The position numbers were made by a program, and so were the translations under genes. A stretch of DNA of 39,873 bases from the IMG/VR virus record IMGVR_UViG_3300030372_003757, positions 1 to 39,873 of that record, one strand, 5' to 3'. Below, one piece after another: positions 26,616-34,523 of this stretch (within the stretch, counting starts at the first letter, position 1; the number at the start of each line of letters is the position of its first letter). A model generated the notes under the pieces. That model made no database searches. It was not told the DNA's origin and saw nothing but the letters and a program-made list of their open reading frames with translations. The stretch is from a virus. Its lineage: Duplodnaviria > Caudoviricetes.

Positions 26616-27160
26616 GCGTTAGCCTCAAACAGTTCTTCCGGCAGTTCGCCTTTTAGAAGGTGCTGGAATTTCCGTAAAACGGAATTAACTCGCTGGTGAG
26701 TCATTCCGGCACCAATTTTATCGGCAACCTGCTGGGCCCTTCCCGGTGTGTCACCAAGCTCCCGACTTATCCGTATAATCACCATTTCTTGTTCGTCGGG
26801 GTTTTCGTATTGTTCGGTTTCAACCCGAAGATGATTTTCGGCTTCTTTTAGCGCCATTGCCTTTTTTGCAAGACTTTGTTCCTCGTTTTTTTGTTTGCGT
26901 TTTTCATGCTCTCCAACCAAGTCCCAGGCACCCCACCTCTTTAGACCCTGGGGGGAATGGTCATGGTCCGGGTGGCTTACATGCTTCACGTTGAGCATTG
27001 GCTCACGGCGACCAGTAGGACTAAGTGTGTAAAGAGTAATGCAATCGTCGTTTATTCTGCTTGTAACCGTTGCGGCAAACGGCTCTTGGTTTATGTCTCC
27101 ATGAGGAAACCAAACTACATTTTCTCCAACACATGGGGCTTTGGGTAAAAAATCTGGCAT
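26612..27160 (-). CDS. Hypothetical phage protein between terminase and portal
   Basis: AGGAG SD; ATGA overlap with portal; N-terminal small beta domain (PCVGENVVWF...AATVT). Confidence 0.6.
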   Translation of the reverse strand: MPDFLPKAPCVGENVVWFPHGDINQEPFAATVTSRINDDCITLYTLSPTGRREPMLNVKHVSHPDHDHSPQGLKRWGAWDLVGEHEKRKQKNEEQSLAKKAMALKEAENHLRVETEQYENPDEQEMVIIRISRELGDTPGRAQQVADKIGAGMTHQRVNSVLRKFQHLLKGELPEELFEANA

Positions 27161-27175
27161 GACAACTCCTTGGGG

Positions 27176-28915
27176 TTAGCTGGCGGTCCCTGGACCAATT
27201 TTCATAAAAGGATCATCTTCATTGAAATCACCTCTTTTTTTCCTCCAATCCTGAAATTCCTTCCAGGCTGGGGACGGATCAGAAATTTCTTTGTCAGGTA
27301 CAATATACTCCGGTTCTGTACTCAAGTAGTAGCGCAAACAGTCCATTAAGTGGTCTTTTTGCCGTGGGGCAGGCTTTTCCGCTACTTCCTGGCGTTTAAT
27401 TCCACCGCTTTTTTTGTAGTCGCTTATTTCCATCTGGAAGTTTGGAGTGGTTTCCAAAACCACCAAGAGTTCTGTTGTTCCATCTCCCCTCACATTCATG
27501 GACTCTCGAACCCTGGCACACCCAGCTTCCACGTTGTCTGCGCCAAAAGAAAATGCACTTCCGGTTTCCATTGACCTTAATCCGCGCCTTGCAAACGCCT
27601 CGCTGTAAATGTGGTGCGTAGTTTCACCGGCACCCCGGCCCCACCCGGTTTGCCTAGCAGCCCTTTGGTCAATAACAAAAGAATTAAAAACCTTGTTCCT
27701 AGTTTTCTGAGCTATTGCCTTTGCTGCTTCGTCTGCACTGTGCCTGTGAAGGTATAGTTCATCATAAACTATGTGAAATCTGCCTCCAAACTCTACATCC
27801 GGTGGTGTTGCACCAAATAAAACAGCGGTAGTTGCATGACCTGGATCAAGAACCAAATCTCGCCGCCAGCTAGACGGGGGCTGTCCACCATTAGACTTTA
27901 TCGCCCTCGCTATCTTTCTTATTTTTTCATTGGATTCGCTTTCCGTATTTTCACAGATGCTTATACCGTGCAGGTTTTTTGAAAAAGACGGGTACATTAA
28001 AATGTGACCAATTACATAATCGCCACGGTCTCTAGCGGCTAAAACGTCTTCTCCGTGAGAAGACCACCGCTTGAGCATCTTTTCTTTTTCCCTTTTTTCA
28101 ATAAATTGATTTTCACTAAACCTTATTTGAAATTCTTCTATATCTGGCTTTTCTAGCTCTCGCTCCTGTTCAGCTCGCTTAGAAAGCATCATCAAGGCGT
28201 GATTATGGCTATAAGGCTGGGCAAGCCAAAGAAGAATGCCGCCTTTACGAAGACGAGACTGCCATTCTTCAACGTGGTCTGGGTTTTCAATGTCTTCGTC
28301 AATGCAAATGATGTTAGGTTCATCACCACGCTTGGCGGCGACGGAAGTGCTTGAAAACGCACGTATAACAGTTCCGTTCTTTAATACGCATCTCTTGAAT
28401 TGCTTTGCCCCTTTGTTTTCCCAGGACCACTGAGAAGAATCTATTAACCTGGGGGGAACTAGCTGTGGAACTGCCTCTACTTCATCTTTTCTTTCTATGT
28501 CAGACTCGTTCCACGGCTGAAATATCCGATATTCGCCGCTTTCTTTATCCTTTATCATTTTCATCCCAGACATTTCAGTAAACAAATATCTGTGGATTGT
28601 TTCCCCGACATGATCCCAACCAAAGCCAATCACCCATATTAAAAGAGGGGCCTTTGGGTACTTGTAGGGCATCTCTTTTCCGTCTGCACCAATTAGCGGA
28701 ATGCCCGTTGCGGCAGATGCGAGTTCGGCAAAACCTGCACACGATTTACCAGAACCCGCACCGCCGCGAAGTATTTTTTCGCTGGCCTCTGATCGGTGAA
28801 ACTTTTCAATCCTTGGACTTCTTGGACGATAGATTCGCAATGCGTCCCGCTTCCGCTGGGCTCGCTCCAAGGAAAGGGCCTTGATTCTTTCGTCTATGTC
28901 ACCTATCTGTGCCAT
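27176..28915 (-). CDS. terL: Terminase large subunit
   Basis: Walker A GGAGSGKS, Walker B IICIDED, RNase H-like nuclease motifs LVLDPG, YDELY, VIDQRA, KDHLMDCLRY. Confidence 0.93.
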   Translation of the reverse strand: MAQIGDIDERIKALSLERAQRKRDALRIYRPRSPRIEKFHRSEASEKILRGGAGSGKSCAGFAELASAATGIPLIGADGKEMPYKYPKAPLLIWVIGFGWDHVGETIHRYLFTEMSGMKMIKDKESGEYRIFQPWNESDIERKDEVEAVPQLVPPRLIDSSQWSWENKGAKQFKRCVLKNGTVIRAFSSTSVAAKRGDEPNIICIDEDIENPDHVEEWQSRLRKGGILLWLAQPYSHNHALMMLSKRAEQERELEKPDIEEFQIRFSENQFIEKREKEKMLKRWSSHGEDVLAARDRGDYVIGHILMYPSFSKNLHGISICENTESESNEKIRKIARAIKSNGGQPPSSWRRDLVLDPGHATTAVLFGATPPDVEFGGRFHIVYDELYLHRHSADEAAKAIAQKTRNKVFNSFVIDQRAARQTGWGRGAGETTHHIYSEAFARRGLRSMETGSAFSFGADNVEAGCARVRESMNVRGDGTTELLVVLETTPNFQMEISDYKKSGGIKRQEVAEKPAPRQKDHLMDCLRYYLSTEPEYIVPDKEISDPSPAWKEFQDWRKKRGDFNEDDPFMKIGPGTAS

Positions 28916-29483
28916 CGCTTATTTCCTTAAACTCGGCTGACGGTTCCCCTGAATCCACAACCCTTAGCCCAGAAGCGTCTACAAGTTGAGTCAATAATTC
29001 CGGCTCCCCGGCAAGACGGGCAAGCATCAGTTTTGAAAGTTCTTCTTCAATTTCATTGTCATCAAGGTCTTCGATGTCTGGCGCGCTGTCCCGGTATTTT
29101 GTTGACAGCTCCATCAACCTTACCAGTCCGTTCATCGCGTCTATCGCTGTTTTACTTCCAGGGTTGTTTCTAACCAAGGCAGTAATAACGTCATGGTGCA
29201 TGTTGACAACATTCTCAACGCTTCCAAACTTTTCTATAAGTTTAGAGCAATACTCGGCAACATGAGGCGCGTCAACCTGCGTTCCGCGAAGCATTGCTGT
29301 AAACTCAGACAATGCTGATTTAAGACGCTTTTTCTTAGCGTCCGACCGGCGAATCTTCGCTATTTCCTTGTTGCAGCGATTGCACCAAGTTTTATTTGGG
29401 CCCTTACCAAAGCTATTGCGGGACTTTTCTTGCCCACACTTGGCGCATACCTTGTGACTGCGTGTAGCTAAAGAATTACTCAA
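28899..29483 (-). CDS. Putative terminase small subunit with N-terminal Zn finger
   Basis: Directly upstream of and overlapping terL; CAKC...CNRC; helical core and C-terminal IEDLDDNEIEEEL motif common in TerS. Confidence 0.6.
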   Translation of the reverse strand: MSNSLATRSHKVCAKCGQEKSRNSFGKGPNKTWCNRCNKEIAKIRRSDAKKKRLKSALSEFTAMLRGTQVDAPHVAEYCSKLIEKFGSVENVVNMHHDVITALVRNNPGSKTAIDAMNGLVRLMELSTKYRDSAPDIEDLDDNEIEEELSKLMLARLAGEPELLTQLVDASGLRVVDSGEPSAEFKEISDGTDR

Positions 29484-30227
29484 TTATTTCTCCAGTTTTA
29501 CGGCATCAATCTGAACACTCCAGAAGCTATTTTTCTCCGGGGAATCAACTCTCTTTTCCCCAAAAACCTCGGTTATTGCCTCAACGCTTGCTGCGTATTG
29601 CTCGGAGTCATATTGGGTCCCACAAACAATCCCTCCTGGCTTAATGAGACCCGCCCATTTATTTATCAAAGAAGCCATTTCGGTGTAAATGCCGCAAGTG
29701 CTAAAGACAACCAAATCCAGTGGGCGGTCCATTCCTTGAAAACTCTGAGTTATATCACCCTTTACAGGCCAGATAGTTTTCTGAAACCGTTCTCCAACAC
29801 ATTCAACCCACTCTTTAAGAGGATGACCTTCTGAGTCAACGCAATCCCCAAGGCAAAGAACCCGACCTCCCGGCCCGCCAAAACTATCAGACACTACTGC
29901 AGAAAGCATTCCTGTGTATTCGCCTATAACCATGCAGTTTAATGAATCCCCCCGGCGAAGTTTTGCCAATAAAGAAACACAGCCCGAAAGGCTTGACATA
30001 AGCGAGTCGCTAATAGGAGGCGACTCCATTTCGTCGGCCTCAATTCTTCTTTCTTTTCGCTTTGCGTTCCCGGTTTCTGAGATTTTCGGGAGACTTTCTG
30101 GATCAAAGTCGTCATCTTCGTCCATTTCCTCAAAGATTTCGACAATAGATTCTCCGTCGTCCTGAATAAGACCTAAGAGTATTACTATAATTTCCTGTAT
30201 GGCTTCCCTTATTTTTTCTTCATCCAT
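29484..30227 (-). CDS. Class I SAM-methyltransferase-fold (Methyltransf_24-like) protein with degenerate motifs
   Basis: Order of elements matches the family (VIGEYTG; VKGD; LDLVVF; WAGLIKPGGIVCG; VEAITEVF) but conserved acidic/His residues are replaced; acidic N-terminal extension. Confidence 0.6.
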   Translation of the reverse strand: MDEEKIREAIQEIIVILLGLIQDDGESIVEIFEEMDEDDDFDPESLPKISETGNAKRKERRIEADEMESPPISDSLMSSLSGCVSLLAKLRRGDSLNCMVIGEYTGMLSAVVSDSFGGPGGRVLCLGDCVDSEGHPLKEWVECVGERFQKTIWPVKGDITQSFQGMDRPLDLVVFSTCGIYTEMASLINKWAGLIKPGGIVCGTQYDSEQYAASVEAITEVFGEKRVDSPEKNSFWSVQIDAVKLEK

Positions 30228-30285
30228 AATGCACCATTGGGGTTAGTGGTTAGCTCTATTTCCAATGTATACCTCAAGTGGGGAT

Positions 30286-30320
30286 AAAAAAAGGGCGTGA
30301 CCCCCGAAAGAGCCACGCCC
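30286..30320 (-). terminator. Rho-independent terminator after capsid/decoration genes
   Basis: Minus strand GGGCGTGGCTCT-TTCG-GGGGTCACGCCC followed by T7. Confidence 0.9.
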
Positions 30321-30360
30321 GAGCTTTAGTGCTAGCACCAAGCCAACCCCAATATCAAAG

Positions 30361-30987
30361 TTACGCTGGGTAACTGTTGACGATAACCTTTACTTTTCCT
30401 GGGTTAGAAGAAACGTCAACGGAAAGGCTAGCAAGTGCCGTACCCGCGCTTCCTCCTTCTCCAGCGAAAATCTTGCTGTGAGCAAGCTGCACAAGCTCAG
30501 TAGAGCCAGTTGCAGTTTCGTCAGCAGCTTCAACGTGACCAGCCGTTGCGGAAACACGCAAAGGATACCCGTCATAAATTTTCGAGGATGCGTGGGTTGC
30601 ACCACCACCCTTGAATGTTGCAGTGACAGGGCCTTTGATAATCAAGTAAAACAAGTCGTTTACTTGAACGCCCCCTGACGGAAGGTGGTCGTCAACAATT
30701 CCAGCAGGAATCTGGGCTGCGCCAGAGGTCACATCGACCTGGGTTCCTACTTTTCCTGTTTTCCACACAACCACATTACCGGCATAAAGCACTCCGCTGC
30801 TGCTGTTGCGAACAACAATGGCTACAACATCGGCATTGCTTACTCGGACTTTCTGATCGCTAGGCGAAGTGTGCGAAAGATACACTACTTGGCCCTCAAG
30901 GTGAGCTAAGTCCGTTGACGTAACAGAGCTGTTGTTCTGATACGCCGACTTCCCTCGCTCGAACGGAAGTTTATTTCCTCGACTCAT
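30361..30987 (-). CDS. Capsid decoration / cement protein
   Basis: Immediately after MCP and before the terminator; small-residue beta-rich pattern (LYAGNVVVW, PAGIVD, FYLIIKGP). Confidence 0.65.
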   Translation of the reverse strand: MSRGNKLPFERGKSAYQNNSSVTSTDLAHLEGQVVYLSHTSPSDQKVRVSNADVVAIVVRNSSSGVLYAGNVVVWKTGKVGTQVDVTSGAAQIPAGIVDDHLPSGGVQVNDLFYLIIKGPVTATFKGGGATHASSKIYDGYPLRVSATAGHVEAADETATGSTELVQLAHSKIFAGEGGSAGTALASLSVDVSSNPGKVKVIVNSYPA

Positions 30988-31022
30988 AACTAAATTTCCT
31001 CATCGAAAAGGGTTAAAACGGA

Positions 31023-32129
31023 CTAAACAAAATTAGCGAGCTTGCTGAAATGCTTGACGTTGTAGCGAGCGTTTCCGAAGAAACCGATCAGCCACAAGTA
31101 ACCATCAGTGTTGATGTCGTACTCAGGGCCACGGCTGCTAAACAGCACGTTGTCCAAAGACTCCAAGCACATTTGGTTAATGTTCAGGCCATAACCAGTT
31201 CCAGCAGGAACGTCAAAATCAGCCTGAATCATTACACCGTCTTGGTTTAGCGTGTCAGTAAAACCAAGGTCATTGGCTTCGCTGTGCGGAACAGAAATGC
31301 GATACTTGGCCCGCATTTTGTTCTGGTAGTCGTAGAACAGGTCGCCAGCAAGCAAGTAAATAGTCGGACGACCTTTCTTGCCACCAGTGAGCGTTGTCCA
31401 AATAGTTGTTTGACCAAGAACACGCTCGCAGTTATCAGCCCACGTAGTCGATCCAGTTCCCCAATTCGAGCTGGCGTAGTTGATAAGTTTGGGAGTATTC
31501 CAGTCGTAGTCGGCTGTTCCGTTTCCGTCCGGCCAATCTGTTGCAACATCCCCATTAGGAGAAGTCGATAGGTTGCTCGACCAAGTTCCTCCGCGAGTCC
31601 CCAGGTTGGTGTTGTGACCACCATAGCTGTCGGTCGGAAATGCAACTCGATCCAAAGCGTCTGATTTGGCAGCGTCAAATCCGAAAAACGACTCAAGGCC
31701 ATGAAGACGGTTGGTGTTGCTGGCGTCATATCCGTCAATAAACAACTCCCCGCAGAATCCGTCTTGCAGGTCATCCATCATATCTTCTGCGACACCAGAG
31801 TAACGATCAATGATCGAGGTCAGGTCGCCCAACATGAGGCGTTGTTTTTCGGTCATGCGGTCAGACATTTTGTAACCACGCCAGTCAATATTCAACTGTT
31901 CGTGGAGGTCCGAACGCTGGAAGTTGATAACGCCATCGTCGCCGTAGGCTTCGATAACACGTTGTCCAGCTTTGACATCCCAATACAACTTATGCGATGA
32001 AGCGTTGTATTTGATGCGTCCATTCTTCGCCAAGAGCGTAAGCAAAAGGCGGTTACGAATGGTGTTATCTGCGCGCCCTTTCAGGTATGCTGGCGCTGCT
32101 TCTTTTAATACTGCTGCAAATTCAGCCAT
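31023..32129 (-). CDS. Major capsid protein (HK97 fold)
   Basis: 368 aa after scaffold; LFIDG...LHGL motif, PTIYLL, LGF...DGV.I..D pattern; GAGGTG SD; followed by decoration gene and terminator. Confidence 0.85.
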   Translation of the reverse strand: MAEFAAVLKEAAPAYLKGRADNTIRNRLLLTLLAKNGRIKYNASSHKLYWDVKAGQRVIEAYGDDGVINFQRSDLHEQLNIDWRGYKMSDRMTEKQRLMLGDLTSIIDRYSGVAEDMMDDLQDGFCGELFIDGYDASNTNRLHGLESFFGFDAAKSDALDRVAFPTDSYGGHNTNLGTRGGTWSSNLSTSPNGDVATDWPDGNGTADYDWNTPKLINYASSNWGTGSTTWADNCERVLGQTTIWTTLTGGKKGRPTIYLLAGDLFYDYQNKMRAKYRISVPHSEANDLGFTDTLNQDGVMIQADFDVPAGTGYGLNINQMCLESLDNVLFSSRGPEYDINTDGYLWLIGFFGNARYNVKHFSKLANFV

Positions 32130-32143
32130 ATCAAATCACCTCT

Positions 32144-33238
32144 CTAACCCTTTGGTTGTAAAAATCCCTTGTGAACTGCAAGTGCTGTAGCCAAAGAGCC
32201 AAGGGAATTATGCTCCGGCAAACCATTTGCTCCTAGCGCGTTCGCGGTTGGTTGGACGGGGGTGTTGGGCATGTACCCAGGGGGAAGGGGGTTGGTCGGC
32301 TGCGCAAAAGGCTGATCCGTGTACTGCTGCTTGTAATAATCTGCAGCAGTCTGTTGCGGCTGTTGCGGCTGTTGCGGCTGTTGCTGCATTATCTGCGATA
32401 GCTGCCTTTGAGTGAAATGGTTTTGGACCATTTGCATTGCGACTTGATGCCTAGCCTGCGGTTCATACATGCCCTGATTTCTGAGCATCACATGGGCGTC
32501 ATTCAAAGCCTTCCCTACAGGAGAAAGAATGGGCTGTCCATTGCCATCCCTTTCAAATTCGCCCTGTGCGTTTTGCACATAAAGGTCTTTTGCGTGTTGC
32601 TGGATAAATTGGGACGCTTGATCCCTTTGGCTGGTTTGGTGAAGCGCTTGACTTACAGCGTTGTTTACCGCTGCGTTAATCTGATCCCCAAGCCCGGCTT
32701 CCAAAATAGTGTTTACCGGGTCTTCAATGATTGCATTGCTTCGGTCTTGCCGCCACGCAACATACTCATTTACCTTGTCTGCAATGCTGGGGTCAACGCT
32801 TCCTGCGTATTCTTCCCGGATTACGTATCTTCCGTATTCATCCGGCTCTACCAAGTTTGTCCAGTTTTGGTCAAACTCAGGCTTGCTTTCTGTTGCTTCT
32901 TCTTCCGGTGGTTGTTCTGGTGGCTGCTGGTAGGGGTGCTGCGAAGCCTGCATTTGCTGGGCGTACTGCGCCTGCGCCCTGGCTTCTGCCTCTGCTTGCT
33001 GCGCTGCAGCAAACCTTGCCTCTGTTTCAGCAATAAATTCTTCGTCATTATTGTAGTCAGAAACGTCATACCCTCGCTGCTCCAGATTTTGCAAAACCTC
33101 GCGGGGAGGCTCTTGCGCAGGCTGACTCTCCTGGGCAGGGGCTTCGCCACGATACTCTGGAGTTTCAGTAAACTGGCTCGGGTCAAACGCAGACGGATTT
33201 TCTTCTGACAAATACTGACCGTTGGTGTTTTCTTGCAT
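32144..33238 (-). CDS. Capsid scaffolding protein
   Basis: Acidic Q/E/P-rich helical protein directly upstream of MCP; first gene of the leftward operon. Confidence 0.7.
   Translation of the reverse strand: MQENTNGQYLSEENPSAFDPSQFTETPEYRGEAPAQESQPAQEPPREVLQNLEQRGYDVSDYNNDEEFIAETEARFAAAQQAEAEARAQAQYAQQMQASQHPYQQPPEQPPEEEATESKPEFDQNWTNLVEPDEYGRYVIREEYAGSVDPSIADKVNEYVAWRQDRSNAIIEDPVNTILEAGLGDQINAAVNNAVSQALHQTSQRDQASQFIQQHAKDLYVQNAQGEFERDGNGQPILSPVGKALNDAHVMLRNQGMYEPQARHQVAMQMVQNHFTQRQLSQIMQQQPQQPQQPQQTAADYYKQQYTDQPFAQPTNPLPPGYMPNTPVQPTANALGANGLPEHNSLGSLATALAVHKGFLQPKG
32351..32386. repeat. 9-bp tandem repeat (ctgttgcgg x3 plus one variant) encoding QQP repeats in the scaffold
   Basis: ctgttgcgg ctgttgcgg ctgttgcgg ctgttgctg seen directly. 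Confidence 0.85.
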
Positions 33239-33348
33239 TTAATTGCCTTTGACTTAATTGGGGTTAGCTAAAAGACTTCAATCCTTAATAACACGCATTT
33301 GACAAGTCTGGAATAGCTTTAGACAATAGTGACTGTGATTGACCGGCT

Positions 33349-33376
33349 TTGCCAAAACTTGGCCTTGCGTTACAAT
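33349..33376 (+). promoter_or_regulatory. Candidate sigma70-type promoter for the rightward HTH/nuclease genes
   Basis: TTGCCA-16 nt-TACAAT, followed by GGAG SD and ATG at 33393; a second candidate TTGACA-17-GACAAT lies at 33299-33327. Confidence 0.45.
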
Positions 33377-33392
33377 AAACATGGAGAAATAA

Positions 33393-33617
33393 ATGTCTTT
33401 GCTAAAGGAAAACATTGTTGCGGTATCGCAGTCAAAGACAAAGCTCCCAGGAAACCCTTCGGAAAGCTCCGTGCGTAGATGGGCAAAGCGAGGGGTCAAG
33501 GGGAAGAAAAGCGGAGAGGTTCACAAGCTAGAGATTTGCTATATCGGGTCAACTATGTATACGAGCCAAGAAGCATACGAAAGATTTTCGGAAAGACTTA
33601 CTGAGGAATTTCTTTAA
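33393..33617 (+). CDS. Small MerR/excisionase-type HTH protein (DUF1580-like)
   Basis: LPGNPSESSVRRWAKRGV...KLE...IG...YTSQEAYERF matches the DUF1580 pattern as recalled; GGAG SD. Confidence 0.7.
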   Translation: MSLLKENIVAVSQSKTKLPGNPSESSVRRWAKRGVKGKKSGEVHKLEICYIGSTMYTSQEAYERFSERLTEEFL

Positions 33618-33677
33618 TGTGCTGGATATGGTGGGAAGACGAATGTTTCGAGGAACCCCCTAAAACGGAGTTCGGAG

Positions 33678-34418
33678 ATGAAACTTTATGACTGGCGAGA
33701 AGAAATAGACCTATCTCCGTACAAAAAGGAAATAGCGTCTGCTGCTAAGAAGCGTGAGTCACAGAAAAAGGGATACAAAACTAGCCGCCAGTGGTCAAAG
33801 CAGGCAACAAACCTTACTGGTCTCAAGGGGGAGTATGCCTTTCACCTTTGCACCGGGCTTCCTGTGGACTTGTCTCTAAACGCACACGGAGACCGTGGTG
33901 CCGATTTTTCATACGAGGGAATCCTTTACGACGTAAAGACAACCCTTTTCAAAGGCGGCGACCCCGCCCTCCTGGAAATGACCGACAAAAAGCTAGTTTC
34001 CCATGTGTATGTTCTTGTCAAAATAGACGGATGGACCGCGAGGATAATTGGCTATGCGTCAAGAAAGCAGATGCGGCATTCTCAAAAGAGAGATTTTAGC
34101 AACGGCGAGCGGCTTAGCATACTTGAAAGCGAAATGAAAGAACTTGGGCAAGACACCATTCCTCCCCTTGTCCCCTCTATTTCAACTGATCCAAGAATAG
34201 CTGAACAGCGAAGCGCTGCTCAGAAAATACACACAGACACGGTAATCACCCTTCCGAAGTGCGACAGAAAGAAGCCGATGGAAAAGAGATACTGTTTTCC
34301 GCACGGCCCGTTTGAGAGGCGAAGGTCAAGCACAAGCCAATGGGATGCGATTTACTGCAAAGAGTGCGGAAGGTTTTATGGATACAGCCGCGAACCCCAG
34401 CTAATTGAGGACGATTAG
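33678..34418 (+). CDS. PD-(D/E)XK nuclease-family protein with C-terminal Zn ribbon
   Basis: GLKGEYAF (helix Glu), GADF (Asp), YDVKT (D-x-K) and C-terminal CFPH...CKECG; GGAG SD. Confidence 0.65.
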   Translation: MKLYDWREEIDLSPYKKEIASAAKKRESQKKGYKTSRQWSKQATNLTGLKGEYAFHLCTGLPVDLSLNAHGDRGADFSYEGILYDVKTTLFKGGDPALLEMTDKKLVSHVYVLVKIDGWTARIIGYASRKQMRHSQKRDFSNGERLSILESEMKELGQDTIPPLVPSISTDPRIAEQRSAAQKIHTDTVITLPKCDRKKPMEKRYCFPHGPFERRRSSTSQWDAIYCKECGRFYGYSREPQLIEDD

Positions 34419-34472
34419 TGTTTTGATTATTTAATTCCCTATGATAGACTGAATACGCTCAAGCTCGTTCTC

Positions 34473-34514
34473 GGGCGGCGTGGTTCGCTCTGAGCCGCGC
34501 CGCCCTTTTTTTTT
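34473..34514 (+). terminator. Strong rho-independent terminator
   Basis: GGGCGGCGTGGTTC-gctct-GAGCCGCGCCGCCC (14-bp stem) followed by T9. Confidence 0.9.
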
Positions 34515-34523
34515 AGGTAAACC

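Noticed and set aside
32408-33208. 266-aa plus-strand ORF
   Set aside because: Antisense shadow of the scaffold gene.
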